From the NCBI GenBank assembly GCA_038231435.1, contig JBBRLJ010000002.1, positions 64,001 through 128,000 of the forward strand: a DNA stretch of 64,000 nucleotides, written 5' to 3'. The position numbers were made by a program, and so were the translations under genes. This document shows positions 1-10,406 of this stretch, in pieces (within the stretch, counting starts at the first letter, position 1; each line of letters opens with the position of its first letter). The notes under the pieces were generated by a model. The model was not told where the DNA came from, searched no databases, and was given only the letters and a program-made list of their open reading frames with translations. This stretch comes from Planctomycetota bacterium. GTDB lineage: Bacteria > Planctomycetota > UBA11346.

Positions 1-612
1 GATGGAGACCGCCAAGGCGCGGGCGGGACCCGGGGAGGGATCGCGCCCACCGACAGCAGCCCGCGCGCCCGGCCAACCACCACCAGCGAGGATGCGCAGT
101 CGATGGTCTCCGAGTTGCGCGATCTGTGCGAGGCCGCGCTGCTCAAGCCGCTCGACAGCCCGTCAGGCGATCCACTCGCCGCGCTCGAACTGCGGCCGGG
201 GCAGACACACTCCGCGCGACAGCCGCATACCACCAACCACATCGCCGATGAGCTGGTGCGGCGGATCAAGTCGATGCCCCAGCTGCGCGCGCGCGTGATG
301 TCGCAGCTGCTCTCGGGCAACGAGCCGCCCCTGGCGATTGCGCAGGTGCGCGGCACCGATTCGCAGAACGCGCTCAAGGAGCTGCGCGCGGTGCGCACGT
401 TGCTCGACAACCTCGGCTGCCCGCGCAGCGAGGACGACAAGAATCTCAGCGTGGTCGAACGCATCCGCTGGCTGCTCGACATCGTCACGGCCACCCAGAC
501 CGCGAGCGGCGCGGTGCCGATCCTGCCCGGCTCCGACCATACGCCGATGACCGGGATCCGCTGGATCCAGCAGCCTGATCCGCAGGCCGATGAGCCGCAC
601 CAAAACGGCTGA
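1..612 (+). CDS. Hypothetical protein, 5'-truncated by the window edge
   Basis: Frame 1 is open from base 1 to TGA at 612 with GC3-rich codons; no recognisable motif. Confidence 0.6.
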   Translation, partial: DGDRQGAGGTRGGIAPTDSSPRARPTTTSEDAQSMVSELRDLCEAALLKPLDSPSGDPLAALELRPGQTHSARQPHTTNHIADELVRRIKSMPQLRARVMSQLLSGNEPPLAIAQVRGTDSQNALKELRAVRTLLDNLGCPRSEDDKNLSVVERIRWLLDIVTATQTASGAVPILPGSDHTPMTGIRWIQQPDPQADEPHQNG

Positions 613-636
613 CCGCTAGAGATCGGAACGAGCCGC

Positions 637-945
637 ATGATCCACGTCATCGCCACCATCACCGTGCATCCGGGGAAACGCCACGCCTTCCTCGACGAAT
701 TCCACCGTGTCGTCCCGCTGGTGCGCGCCGAGGACGGCTGCCTCGCCTACGCCCCGACCATCGACGCGGCGACCGACATCGCCAAGCAGGGCCCGCAGCG
801 ACCAGACACCGTGGTCATCATCGAGCGCTGGTCGGACCTGGCCCGCCTGAAGGCGCACCTGGTCGCGCCACACATGGAGGCCTACCGCGCGCAGGTGAAG
901 GATCTGGTCGCGTCGTCGCAGCTGCAGGTGCTCGAGCAGGCGTGA
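637..945 (+). CDS. Antibiotic-biosynthesis-monooxygenase (ABM)/putative quinol monooxygenase, YgiN-like
   Basis: 102 aa; MIHVIATI...VRAEDGCLAY...IIERWSD...AHLVAPHM is the typical ABM pattern. Confidence 0.88.
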   Translation: MIHVIATITVHPGKRHAFLDEFHRVVPLVRAEDGCLAYAPTIDAATDIAKQGPQRPDTVVIIERWSDLARLKAHLVAPHMEAYRAQVKDLVASSQLQVLEQA

Positions 946-960
946 GCTGGGTGTGACGGC

Positions 961-1920
961 TCAGCTCGATCTCCGCCAGACGCTCACGTAGCCACGTACT
1001 CGCGCAACCGCATCCCGCGGACGTTCGCACGCGAACCGCTCGGCGAGTACGAACGCCTTGCGCTGCAGCTTGGCCCGCCGCGCTACGATGCGAGCCTTCG
1101 CCTTGGCCCGCAGCCGCGCGCCATGGCTCGTGGCCAGCTCGGTCGACAGCACCTGCAGATCGTGGTCGTCCCCCAGCAGATCCGCGAGCTCGTGCAGTTC
1201 CCTGGTCCACGCCGCCATCGGCCCGGGCCACGCCGGCGTGAACAACCGCGCCTGATACCACAGATCCTTGACCCGGCGGCGCCAGCGGTGCAGGCGCCCG
1301 TCCGTGGGCGCCTGCACCGCTTCGCTGCCGGTTTGGCGCACCCGCTCCAGCGCTCGCAGCAGCCCGCTCCAGATGTCCGCCCACGGCATCGACCGCGGCA
1401 GACTCGCGGCCAGCGCGCGCGCCACGTCGAGCGCAGCGCGCACCTCGGGAACGGCGGCGGCGAACGCCTCTCGGGAGCGGCGGCGTCCGCTCGAGAGCGC
1501 CGCGCGCGCCGCCGCGATCTCGCCAGGCGTCCCGGGCGGATCGTCCCGGCACAGGTTCGCGAACGAGGCTGCTACCACCTCGGCATCGCGGGCTGCTCCG
1601 AGTCCGCGCGATGCGCCAGAGAGCGAGCGTTCGAGGCTGCGCCGCCGCGCGCGAGGGATCGCCGATCGCGCCAGCCGCAGGCAGGCGCGGCATTCCTTCA
1701 CGCGCTTGCGCGCGTCGTGCACGCCGGCGACGCCTCGCGCCAACGCCGCGAGCGCAGCATCGATGCGTTGACGCAGTAACCTTTGCACCGCGTCGCCGGC
1801 GGATTCCCCGCGCAGCAGGGCGAATCCGCTGAGGTCCACGACCGGTTGCGCTTCAGGCTTGGCCACCGTCGGCACCTCCGACATGTGAGGCATGTGAGGC
1901 ATATCGGACAGTTCGGACAT
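961..1920 (-). CDS. CHAD domain protein (polyphosphate-binding)
   Basis: VHDARKRVK, LGAARDAEV, LHRWRRRVKDLWY and LGDDHDL motifs of CHAD. Confidence 0.88.
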   Translation of the reverse strand: MSELSDMPHMPHMSEVPTVAKPEAQPVVDLSGFALLRGESAGDAVQRLLRQRIDAALAALARGVAGVHDARKRVKECRACLRLARSAIPRARRRSLERSLSGASRGLGAARDAEVVAASFANLCRDDPPGTPGEIAAARAALSSGRRRSREAFAAAVPEVRAALDVARALAASLPRSMPWADIWSGLLRALERVRQTGSEAVQAPTDGRLHRWRRRVKDLWYQARLFTPAWPGPMAAWTRELHELADLLGDDHDLQVLSTELATSHGARLRAKAKARIVARRAKLQRKAFVLAERFACERPRDAVARVRGYVSVWRRSS

Positions 1921-2084
1921 CTCGTGAGCGCGCGTCCACCATCCCTCCGCCGGCAGCCCAGGCTACCCTCATGGTTCCGGCTGTCAGCGGCGAGCGGCTC
2001 AGGGTGGGACAGGGCGTGGCCCGCCGGATCCAGCCTCGGCCACGGTGGAGCGATCGATTTCGGGCTTCACGCGGTGGAGCGCGC

Positions 2085-5000
2085 TCACTTCCCTGGCGCT
2101 GGCGTCGGGACCTTCGCGCGGTCGCGGACCACCTGCTCGATGAAGCGCTGTTCCTCGCCGAACGACTGGTCGTCGGCAAAGCGCGCGCCCGCCAGGCGTG
2201 CGGCGGCAAGCGCGCGCTGATCGGCATCGGCGACCAGCGCGGTCCAGGCGATGTGGAAATAGAACGGCTTGGCGTCCACTTCCTCGCGCCAAGCGGAGAG
2301 CACCTGATCGAACCACGGGGCATCGAGCAGCTTGGCGGTGTTGCCGATCAGGCCGGCGACGGTCTCGGTCAGCTGACGGTCGTGATCCGCCGCAACCATG
2401 CGCAGCGCGGTGACCAGCGCCGGACGATCCTGAGCGAGCATCGCCGCGAGCACCCGCGCTTGCACCGACAGATCCACGAGTGGGCGCGATGACAAGCCCA
2501 GCGCCTGGGTGCGCTCGTGGGCCGCGATCAGGCGCGCCAGATCCGCGAGTGCCGCGGGCCTGTCGCAGGGCCTGTCGCTGGCGACTTCGGGGGACTCGCC
2601 CCACACATCGCGCGCGACCACGCTCCACCAGTATGGCACCGAGATCGCGATCCATGGCAGATCGAGGCGCAGCTGCGCGATCCCTCCGATGCGTTCGGCG
2701 CGCGCCGCCTCTGGGGCCGCAGGCGGCACGGCCTCGGCCAGCAAGGCCGCGAATTCGCCCCGGCCGATGGCGCATTCGTAGAAATAGCCGGCAAAGGCGT
2801 AGCGCCACGCGATGTCGCTGGGCTCCTCGACGTCGCGCAGGGCGATGCGGTCGAGCCAGCCCTGCTCGAGGCGGATAAGGCTATCCAACGCCTGGTCATC
2901 GCCGTCCCGGACCGGACCGAGCCAGCGGATGATGCCCTGCGCCTCGTTGACCGTCGAGAGCGCCAGTTGGCGGAAGCTCGACAGGTCGCGGTGGTGGTCC
3001 CAGGTCGCCTGGTCGAAGCGGTCGCGCAGCCAGGCGCCCACCTGGCCTTGCGATTGCAAGAGTCCCGGCAGCACCCAGCGCTGCAGGATCTCCTCCTGGG
3101 CGCGGGCCTGGGTGCGGACATCCAGCGAGCCGCCGAGCCGCACCGCCAAGCGCGGCAGAGTCTGTCCCAGGGACGACTCGAGCGCGGGGAATTCCACTTC
3201 GGACAGGCGTTTGGCCTCGATGGCGGCCTCGGCGTGGCGCTTCGCGCCGGTGAGCAGTCCGACCAGTTCGATCGAGCGCTGGGCGCTGGCGCGGCGGTCG
3301 TGGACGCGCTCGATCGATCGGCGCATATAGTCGATCGAATCGGGCCACTGGCCGGTACGGCGATACAGCCCGGACAGCTCGCTGTAGTTGGCGACATCAT
3401 CGTCGCCCGCGTCGAGCATCGCGCGCATCGTCGAGATGCCGCGCAGATAGGTGTGGAAGTACCAGTCGCGCTGGACCTCGATCATGGTCTTGGCGTATTC
3501 CGGTTCGCTGAAGATCCTCCAGCCGAGTCGCCAGTGCGAGCGGGTGTTCTCGCCGGCGAAGCGCAGCGACAGGCTGACCTGGCCGGGATCGAAGCCGGCA
3601 TTCTCGTCGAAGTGATGGTACGCGGCTTCGAGGGCCTTGGGCAGCTCGGCGTGCGAGAACTCGAGGGCCGGTCCGGTCTGGAGCACGGCCACCGTCCAGA
3701 CGCCGTCGTGCTTCTCGGCCCACGACGCCGCCAGGTGGCGCGGCAAGCTCATGACGATGACGTTGTGGCCCTGGCGGACGGCGATCTCCTGGTACAGCTC
3801 GGCGAGATCGTCGCAGTCGCCGCGGCAGATGCCGCCAGCGGCCGTGGCGAGCGTCTGACGCGCGGTCTGGTGGATATCGCCGCACAGGTCCTTGGCTCCC
3901 ATCAGCAGCGGCTGCCGCGGATCCGGGCTATCCCAGGAATAATTGAAGAGGTGACTGCCGATCAGCGCGAGATGCGGGACATCGGGCAGCGCCGCCGCGG
4001 CCTCGGCGAGGAAGCGTTCAGCGTCGCCATCGGCACCGGTGGGCGGACGCAACGCCCCGTGCGCGGTTACCAGCAGACGCGCGTCCCCAGCGAGGTCCTG
4101 GATCATCACATGGGGCGGCATGTAGCCGTTCGCCAACGCCGTGCCCAGCTCGTGATCGCCGGAGGGGAAGCGTTTCCGCCATCCGGCCTCGGTACCGCGC
4201 CAGCCACCAGCCGCAGACCAACCGGCCACCTCGACGTCCTCGATCCACAGGCCGGCGTCGCACGCCGCGATGTCCGCGTCGCCCGGCCGGCGCGGGTCGG
4301 CGCCGGCCGGCAGGCCGACGCGCAGCAGCGCTTTGGCGAAACGTTTCGTAGTGTAATAATCAGGAGCGGGAGCCGGGCGCACGAACGCGCAGCGCGCGGG
4401 CGTGGTCAAGGTCCACGCGCGACGTCCGAAGGGATCGGCCAGCACCTCGAGGCGCATGCCCGGGCCCTGCCAGGACTCGACGGGCGTCAGCGCGTCGGCG
4501 TCGGCGACCGCGTGATCGAGCGCCTTCGCCCGTTCGCCAAGAATGGCGTCGAGCCAGCCGTGGCGGATGAGGTGGCGGCAGAATTCCGGCTCGATGCCGG
4601 TGGATTTCGACGATTCGTCATCGCTCTCGGCGAGATGCTCAAGCACGGTGCGCAGCGACTGCTGCGCGAGCGGCGATAGCGGCGTCGAAGCGAGCGATGC
4701 GGACAGCTCGGAGGCGGCGGTGGTCAGCGCGGTCGCGGTTCCCGGGTGTTCGAGCGCCTGGGCGTCATCGCGCGTGAGCACGCCTTCCTCGATCACCATG
4801 CGCTTGTCCGAGCGCAGCCTCAGGCCGGTGAGGACTCCGCGCGAGAGCACGAATCCGGAGTCGGCGTCCTCGCTCGCCATAATCCCGGCATCCCGGGCGC
4901 GCGCGATCAGCGCCGCGAGCCTGTCGCCGAGTGCTTCCTCATCGCCGCCAAGCAGCTCCTTGTCGATGCGCAAACGTCCGATGCCGCTGCCGACGCGCAC

Positions 5001-5231
5001 CGTGCCGTCGTCGGTCTGTACGAGGGTGAAGGGGTGCGATCCGCCCCAGGTGCGCGTCGGCGCCGACCCGACAGGCGCTGTGGACGCCGCGGACGAAACC
5101 GGCGTGGGAAGCGTCGGCTCGTCGGCGGCTCCGAGCGTCACGGCTCCGAGCAGCGATCCGAATGTCGTTCCCAACGTTGAAAGCAGCGCCGCCATGAGCA
5201 TGGACGGCGAGCAAGCGCAACGGAAGTTCAT
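2085..5231 (-). CDS. Large secreted protein with a transglutaminase-like cysteine-protease core and a TPR-like helical C-terminus
   Basis: 1048 aa; hydrophobic N-terminal signal; HQTARQTL...GDCDDLAELY...PRHLAASW motif; helical repeats downstream. Confidence 0.7.
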   Translation of the reverse strand: MNFRCACSPSMLMAALLSTLGTTFGSLLGAVTLGAADEPTLPTPVSSAASTAPVGSAPTRTWGGSHPFTLVQTDDGTVRVGSGIGRLRIDKELLGGDEEALGDRLAALIARARDAGIMASEDADSGFVLSRGVLTGLRLRSDKRMVIEEGVLTRDDAQALEHPGTATALTTAASELSASLASTPLSPLAQQSLRTVLEHLAESDDESSKSTGIEPEFCRHLIRHGWLDAILGERAKALDHAVADADALTPVESWQGPGMRLEVLADPFGRRAWTLTTPARCAFVRPAPAPDYYTTKRFAKALLRVGLPAGADPRRPGDADIAACDAGLWIEDVEVAGWSAAGGWRGTEAGWRKRFPSGDHELGTALANGYMPPHVMIQDLAGDARLLVTAHGALRPPTGADGDAERFLAEAAAALPDVPHLALIGSHLFNYSWDSPDPRQPLLMGAKDLCGDIHQTARQTLATAAGGICRGDCDDLAELYQEIAVRQGHNVIVMSLPRHLAASWAEKHDGVWTVAVLQTGPALEFSHAELPKALEAAYHHFDENAGFDPGQVSLSLRFAGENTRSHWRLGWRIFSEPEYAKTMIEVQRDWYFHTYLRGISTMRAMLDAGDDDVANYSELSGLYRRTGQWPDSIDYMRRSIERVHDRRASAQRSIELVGLLTGAKRHAEAAIEAKRLSEVEFPALESSLGQTLPRLAVRLGGSLDVRTQARAQEEILQRWVLPGLLQSQGQVGAWLRDRFDQATWDHHRDLSSFRQLALSTVNEAQGIIRWLGPVRDGDDQALDSLIRLEQGWLDRIALRDVEEPSDIAWRYAFAGYFYECAIGRGEFAALLAEAVPPAAPEAARAERIGGIAQLRLDLPWIAISVPYWWSVVARDVWGESPEVASDRPCDRPAALADLARLIAAHERTQALGLSSRPLVDLSVQARVLAAMLAQDRPALVTALRMVAADHDRQLTETVAGLIGNTAKLLDAPWFDQVLSAWREEVDAKPFYFHIAWTALVADADQRALAAARLAGARFADDQSFGEEQRFIEQVVRDRAKVPTPAPGK

Positions 5232-5349
5232 GGCTGGTTGTAGGGATCAGCGCCGGCGTGGGAAGTAACCGCCGGGAGTCACTCGCGTGCGGCCATCTGC
5301 TGCGGATATCCAGCGGATATCCAGAAATGTGGACGGATGGCCCGCGGGA

Positions 5350-6186
5350 TCAGAAGTGGACGCGCACGCCGGCGTACGGCCCCTGCAGCTCCACGCCGCC
5401 GATATCGAGGTATTCGTAGCCGGCGTAGGGTTCGAAGCTCCCGATCCCGACGCCGAGGTCACCGCGGATGCGCACCAGCGACGCATGGCCCAGGGTGCCG
5501 AGCGCGAGATCCACCGTCAGGCGCATGGGACCGGCGACCAGCGCGTCGAATCCGAGCACGGCGCTGAAGCCGTAGTCGGTGCCGTGCGCATCGTGCATGG
5601 CGCGCGCGCCGAGCCCGCCGCGCAGCGATGCGTGCTCGCTCATGCACAGGCGGTACACCGCATCCGCCTCGATGAGGTCGAGTCGATCCCATCCTGTACC
5701 GGTGGACGGGAGTCGCCCGGATGATTCATAGAACCGGTCCCAACTGGCTTCGCATCCGAACGGCGGTTCCGCGTCCCAACGCGCGCGTGCTCCGATGCGC
5801 AGCAGATCGGCGTCCCGCATCCCGTACTCGGCCTGCGCGAACGTCCGCCGCGTCGGCGGCGACGCGGGCTCGCGCGGACGCGACCCGGCACGCTCGCGAT
5901 CCCGGTCGTCACCTGCCCACCGGTACGGCCTCTCGGCGTGCTCGTCGCGACACGCCACCGCCTCATCGCCCCCTCCGAACACCAGATGCACGAGGCTGCC
6001 GAGCACGCCGTCGCCATCGGCATGGTCGGACGAGCACATGGATGCCGTTCGGGAGGCCGGAGCCGACGAGGTGGCCGGCGCACCCGAGCGCACCTGTTCG
6101 CGCACCTGCCCGAGATGGCCTTCGGCAGCGCTAGCGGCGCTGGCGGTCAGTGAGACGAACGCGAGGAGCGGGAGCGGATGATACAT
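5350..6186 (-). CDS. Putative outer-membrane beta-barrel protein
   Basis: Signal peptide; amphipathic strands; C-terminus GPYAGVRVHF ends in Phe, like a Bam signal. Confidence 0.65.
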   Translation of the reverse strand: MYHPLPLLAFVSLTASAASAAEGHLGQVREQVRSGAPATSSAPASRTASMCSSDHADGDGVLGSLVHLVFGGGDEAVACRDEHAERPYRWAGDDRDRERAGSRPREPASPPTRRTFAQAEYGMRDADLLRIGARARWDAEPPFGCEASWDRFYESSGRLPSTGTGWDRLDLIEADAVYRLCMSEHASLRGGLGARAMHDAHGTDYGFSAVLGFDALVAGPMRLTVDLALGTLGHASLVRIRGDLGVGIGSFEPYAGYEYLDIGGVELQGPYAGVRVHF

Positions 6187-6195
6187 AGATAACTA

Positions 6196-6205
6196 ATGTT
6201 AACAT
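6196..6205. promoter_or_regulatory. AT-rich palindrome ATGTTAACAT just upstream of the 6186 start; candidate operator
   Basis: Perfect 10-bp palindrome in an AT-rich patch within a GC-rich background. Confidence 0.3.
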
Positions 6206-6356
6206 ATCTTCAGTCGATTGGCCATCCTCACTTCAAGTGCTTATGTCTGCTTAGCTAACGACGAGGCACGAGTGCGACTCCGCGGGCCGTGGATGACGGA
6301 TGGCAGACGGCAGATGCAGGGAGCGGAAGCTGCGCGCACTCGAACGAGCGACTGCT

Positions 6357-6860
6357 TCAGGTCACGCGCACGCGGCCTTTCACCTCGAATTGGTAGGTGA
6401 ACGGGGTGCCCGCGATCGCCGCCTTCAGCCGCGCCTTCACCTGGTACACGCCGGGCTGATCCCAGGTGTAGACGCCATCGATCCCGCCGGCGATGCGCCG
6501 TTCGTAACTCGCCGCGCGCCGGGTCAGCTCGGTGGGGAGCGCCGCTTCGGGAAACGACGTGGTGGCGTCCTTCTGTACCTTCAGGCGCGTGCGGTAGGTG
6601 ATGAAGCTGTGCGCGCCGTTGAACAGGCCCCATTCGAAATGGATGTGGCAAGGCTGGTTCGCGCGTACCGACGCGCCCCCCACGCAGGTCAGGCGAGCGC
6701 GTTGGAGGGTAAACTGCGTCGTCGGCTCGCCGCGCGACGCCACGCCAGCAAGCGCGGCTGGACGCGCCCGCGTGCCGAGCATGAACACCAGCGCGCCGAG
6801 CACGGCCACCGTGCCGACCGAGGCGAGCATGGTGACGAGGATGATGGCGGTGAGGCTCAT
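6357..6860 (-). CDS. Hypothetical membrane-anchored protein
   Basis: 167 aa; N-terminal TM helix followed by a beta-rich domain (YTWDQPGVYQVK, Ig/PKD-like). Confidence 0.6.
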   Translation of the reverse strand: MSLTAIILVTMLASVGTVAVLGALVFMLGTRARPAALAGVASRGEPTTQFTLQRARLTCVGGASVRANQPCHIHFEWGLFNGAHSFITYRTRLKVQKDATTSFPEAALPTELTRRAASYERRIAGGIDGVYTWDQPGVYQVKARLKAAIAGTPFTYQFEVKGRVRVT

Positions 6861-7100
6861 GGGTGGTCTCGCGGGTGTGGTTGCGCGGATTGTGCCGTGG
6901 AAAAGCTTCTGCAGTGATGTGCGGAGACGCGCGGGGATGAGCCGGGACGCGCCGCGATATCGCGCGCTACCTGGTGGACTGCCGCACGGCGTATCCGATG
7001 ACGCGCCTCGCGGACGCGGACGCTAGCTGTTTCACACAACCTGCCGACGCGTGCGGGTCATTTCCGGTTATCGACGCGCCGGTCGCACCGTCAGTGCTGC

Positions 7101-7835
7101 ATGCTCACCCATACCATCTTCCCGGCCCTCGATGCGCGCGATGACGCGCGCGAGCGCGCACGCGACGGCCTCGACCACGATCCCGATCTGGTGCCCGCGG
7201 GCGAACCGACCTGGGACGCGATGTTCGCCGAGCTGCTGCTCGCGGTCGGCGACGACGATCTCGCCGCGGTGCGCACACTGCTCGCGATCGGCGCGCCCGC
7301 ATCGGCGCGCAACCGTCACGGGCAATGCCCGCTGGCCTGCGCCGCGAGTCACGGGAGCCTCGACATCGCGAGCCTATTGCTGGATGCCGGCGCCGATGCG
7401 AACGGCCTCGGCGTGAACGACCACCCCGTACTCACCCTCGCTGCCGGCCAGGGCTGCGTCGGCATGGTCGAGCTGCTGCTCGCGGCCGGCGCCGACGCCA
7501 ATGCCCGCCGCGCATGCACGGGCGAGAGCGCGCTGCATGTCGCCGCGGCCTTCGGCCATACCGACGCGGTGATGGCCCTGCTGCGCGCGGGTGCCGATGT
7601 CCGGGCCCGCACCGAGGCCGAGGTGGAGACCGACTTGTTTCCAGGACGCCACGAGGTTGGCGAGGAGACGGCGCTGCATCGCGCCGCCGAGAACGGATCG
7701 CGCGACATGATCGAGGCGCTGCTCGCCGCGGGCTCGAGCCGGACGGCCCGCACCATGCTCGGCGAGACACCGCAGTCCTGGGCGCGCCGGGCGCGGCGAG
7801 ATCCTGAGATCGTGCGCCTGCTCAAACAACTCTGA
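7101..7835 (+). CDS. Ankyrin repeat protein
   Basis: Repeats such as GESALHVAAAFGHTDAVMALLRAGADV and ETALHRAAENG. Confidence 0.92.
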   Translation: MLTHTIFPALDARDDARERARDGLDHDPDLVPAGEPTWDAMFAELLLAVGDDDLAAVRTLLAIGAPASARNRHGQCPLACAASHGSLDIASLLLDAGADANGLGVNDHPVLTLAAGQGCVGMVELLLAAGADANARRACTGESALHVAAAFGHTDAVMALLRAGADVRARTEAEVETDLFPGRHEVGEETALHRAAENGSRDMIEALLAAGSSRTARTMLGETPQSWARRARRDPEIVRLLKQL

Positions 7836-7923
7836 TTTCTAGGATCCGGCCCCAAAATCCGCTGAATACTGGACTTGGAGCTCGTGTGTCATACGCGTTG
7901 CCGAGCTCCTTCCAGACGACGGT

Positions 7924-7950
7924 GATACCACCCCCCTGTGGGGGGTCGTA
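7924..7950 (+). promoter_or_regulatory. Candidate ECF-type autoregulatory promoter (GATACC-17 nt-CGTA)
   Basis: ECF-like -35/-10 spacing ending 5 nt before GTG 7956; the spacer is itself a palindrome (ACCCCCC-TGT-GGGGGGT). Confidence 0.4.
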
Positions 7951-7955
7951 CATGT

Positions 7956-8894
7956 GTGCAAGCCACCATCGACACCGCCTCGGCCCTCAACCGTTTCGTC
8001 GGATCCGCCGACCAGCAGGCGTTCAGGGAGATCCTGACCACCTACCAGCCGATGGTGTTCGCGGTCTGCCGCCGGGTACTCGGCACGAGCGCCGACGCCG
8101 AGGACGCCACCCACGAGACCTTCATCAAGCTCTCACGCCACGCCTCGTCGATTCGCGGCAGCCTCGGCTCGTGGCTCTACACCTGTGCGCTGAACGTTTC
8201 GCGCGATGCGCGCCATGCCGCGATCTCGCGGCGCCAGCGCGAGCGTGAATTCAGCGGCCAGGCGAACGAGCCGCAGGAGCCTGCCTTCGACGCTGACGAG
8301 TACGCGCTGCTCAACCGCTGCATGGCCCAGCTCGAGGATCAGGATCGCGAGGTCATCGCGCTCTATTATTTCCTCGATCTCACCCAGGAGCAGATCGCCG
8401 TCCGCCATGGCATCACCCAGGTCGCGGTGAAGCGCCGCCTGGATCGCGCGATCCGCGCGTTGCGCTACACGCTCGTGCGCAACGGCTTCGACCTCTCCAC
8501 CGCCTCCAACGGGCGCGCGTGCGGCATCACCTGCGAGGGCGAGGTCGATCTGGTGGCGCTCGGCGCGGTGCTGATCGCGATGCTGCTCGATGGGCCCGGG
8601 CTGCTGTCGCAGGCCGGCCAGGTATCCCAATGCTCATCGGTGATGACCTGGGGCGATGGGCTCGGCAGGCGAGGGGCCGCGATCACCCATGGCCTGATGC
8701 AGACCTCGGACGAGGGGTTGACTGGCCGTCGGCGCACCGTGTACCGCATGACGGCGCTGTCCTGGCCGGCGCGCGGCTGGCACGGCGTGCTGTCGGCCGT
8801 GGAACTCGCCCATGATGCCGCGGATGTCGTTGTCCGGCTGCTGCGCGATGCGTCGTCTTCGCTGCGTGGAGTCTTCGCCCACGCGCGTCGCTGA
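7956..8894 (+). CDS. ECF sigma-70 factor with a C-terminal extension
   Basis: Region 2 (AFREIL...DAEDATHETF...GSWLY) and region 4 (REVIALYYFLDLTQEQIA...VKRRLDRA), then ~130 extra aa. Start is GTG 7956 or 7938. Confidence 0.88.
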   Translation: MQATIDTASALNRFVGSADQQAFREILTTYQPMVFAVCRRVLGTSADAEDATHETFIKLSRHASSIRGSLGSWLYTCALNVSRDARHAAISRRQREREFSGQANEPQEPAFDADEYALLNRCMAQLEDQDREVIALYYFLDLTQEQIAVRHGITQVAVKRRLDRAIRALRYTLVRNGFDLSTASNGRACGITCEGEVDLVALGAVLIAMLLDGPGLLSQAGQVSQCSSVMTWGDGLGRRGAAITHGLMQTSDEGLTGRRRTVYRMTALSWPARGWHGVLSAVELAHDAADVVVRLLRDASSSLRGVFAHARR

Positions 8895-9173
8895 TCCAGA
8901 TGACCCGCCGTGGGGGTCAGAATGGTGACCATTGGGCGGACCTGTCCTCATCGGAATCGCAGTACGAGGCCTCGCCTCTACTCTCTCCGTTAAATCGATT
9001 CAAACGTTGCGAAATAAGAAGGACGTACAGATCCAGTCCGCCAAGACATGCAACTGCACCACACGCACCGTCAAGGGGCCGTACCATCCCCCAAGCCCTG
9101 CGTGTAATGCCTTGTATACGCTGTGTTCCGCCCAATTTGGCAATCATCGGCTACCTTTTCGAGGATACCTCCC

Positions 9174-10406
9174 ATGCACCTCCGCTGGCCACTCGCGCTG
9201 CTCCCGCTGCTCTGCTTCGCCATGTGGTCGTGCGACCATGGAGCCGCGGGCAAAGTGCTCGCCGGCGGACCCGGTAGCGCATCGCAGTTCGACATCGTCC
9301 CGCCCATTCCGAGCGTGCCGGTTGCCTACGGCACCTACGTGGTGCAGATCACCCAGATCATCACCGCGCCGCTCGGCCTGAACGACCGCTTCGCCGCGCT
9401 CGGCGACTCGACGACCATCGTGCTCGCCGCGGGTCCGTCGAGCAACACCATCTCGATCGGCGGCGCGTACATCGATCCGCGCATCGACGATTCGATACTG
9501 CTGACCGATCGAGGCCTCAATAGCTGGTCGGCGCAGGTCGGTTTCTCGGGCTCCGCCGCGACGCTCACCCTCACCACCAACGCGGCCGGCTTCCCGATCA
9601 CCTATTCCGTCGCCACGCTCTCGACCTCGACCCTCGGCGCCCAGATCTCTAGCACTCGCATCCGCTCCAATTTCGCGAGCCCTCCCGGAGCGCCGGTAGG
9701 GCTGTGGATGGCGCGGGTGAACACCAGCTCGAACGCCAGCCGTCCGCCGCTGGTCGGCGATTTCTACGAGTACGTGATGGCCCCCAGAGGCCTCGCGCAG
9801 TGGGAGCAGGATGATTTCCAGCAGGCGTACTTCGCCGTTCCCGGCGGCATCGCGGCGCAGTTCACCACCTATTCGCCCACGCGCACCACCGGCGCGCCGC
9901 CGAACATCGAGTTCTATGACATGTTCAATGCGCCGCTGTTCACCACCGGCACGTACACCGAGACCGAGCATGAAGGCCAGACCACCGAGATCACCGGTCA
10001 ATGGTTTCCGATTTCACCAATCAACACCAGCGGAAATTTCACTGGCAAGGTGCGCGGGCCGAACGGCCTCTACCAGAGCTTCCCCTACATCCTCGTGGAC
10101 AACGTCTCGGACATGCTCTTCACCGTCGCCGGCACCACCGTGACCTTGACGGTCGGCACCATCACCAATGCCTTCATCATCACTCGCCTGGATACCGACC
10201 GCACCACGCTGCTGCGCACCATGACCGCGTACCGCAAGATCGATGCCGCGACCTACGAGAAGTTCACCCTCACCCGCAACGTCACCATGGGCACCCCGGT
10301 GCTCGCGAACAGCGGATGCCGGATCGACGTGCAGACCTACCGCATCGCGTCGCCCGCCGACATCCAACTCGGCTCGTACTTCGTGTCGCCCATCACCAAG
10401 ATGTGA
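9174..10406 (+). CDS. Hypothetical secreted protein or lipoprotein, Thr/Ser-rich and beta-rich
   Basis: GAGGA RBS; signal peptide with lipobox-like MWSC; strong coding bias. Confidence 0.7.
   Translation: MHLRWPLALLPLLCFAMWSCDHGAAGKVLAGGPGSASQFDIVPPIPSVPVAYGTYVVQITQIITAPLGLNDRFAALGDSTTIVLAAGPSSNTISIGGAYIDPRIDDSILLTDRGLNSWSAQVGFSGSAATLTLTTNAAGFPITYSVATLSTSTLGAQISSTRIRSNFASPPGAPVGLWMARVNTSSNASRPPLVGDFYEYVMAPRGLAQWEQDDFQQAYFAVPGGIAAQFTTYSPTRTTGAPPNIEFYDMFNAPLFTTGTYTETEHEGQTTEITGQWFPISPINTSGNFTGKVRGPNGLYQSFPYILVDNVSDMLFTVAGTTVTLTVGTITNAFIITRLDTDRTTLLRTMTAYRKIDAATYEKFTLTRNVTMGTPVLANSGCRIDVQTYRIASPADIQLGSYFVSPITKM

Noticed and set aside
2517..4679. Long antisense or alternative-frame ORFs (this one, and 16865-19168, 37028-39031, 54048-56609, 59983-62595)
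   Set aside because: Typical stop-poor shadows of real genes in high-GC DNA; no motifs.
5302..5323. Tandem GCGGATATCCA x2 (similarly AGCTACGTC x2 near 24691 and CATGTGAGG x2 in the CHAD gene)
   Set aside because: Two-unit micro-duplications with no spacers; not CRISPR or iterons.
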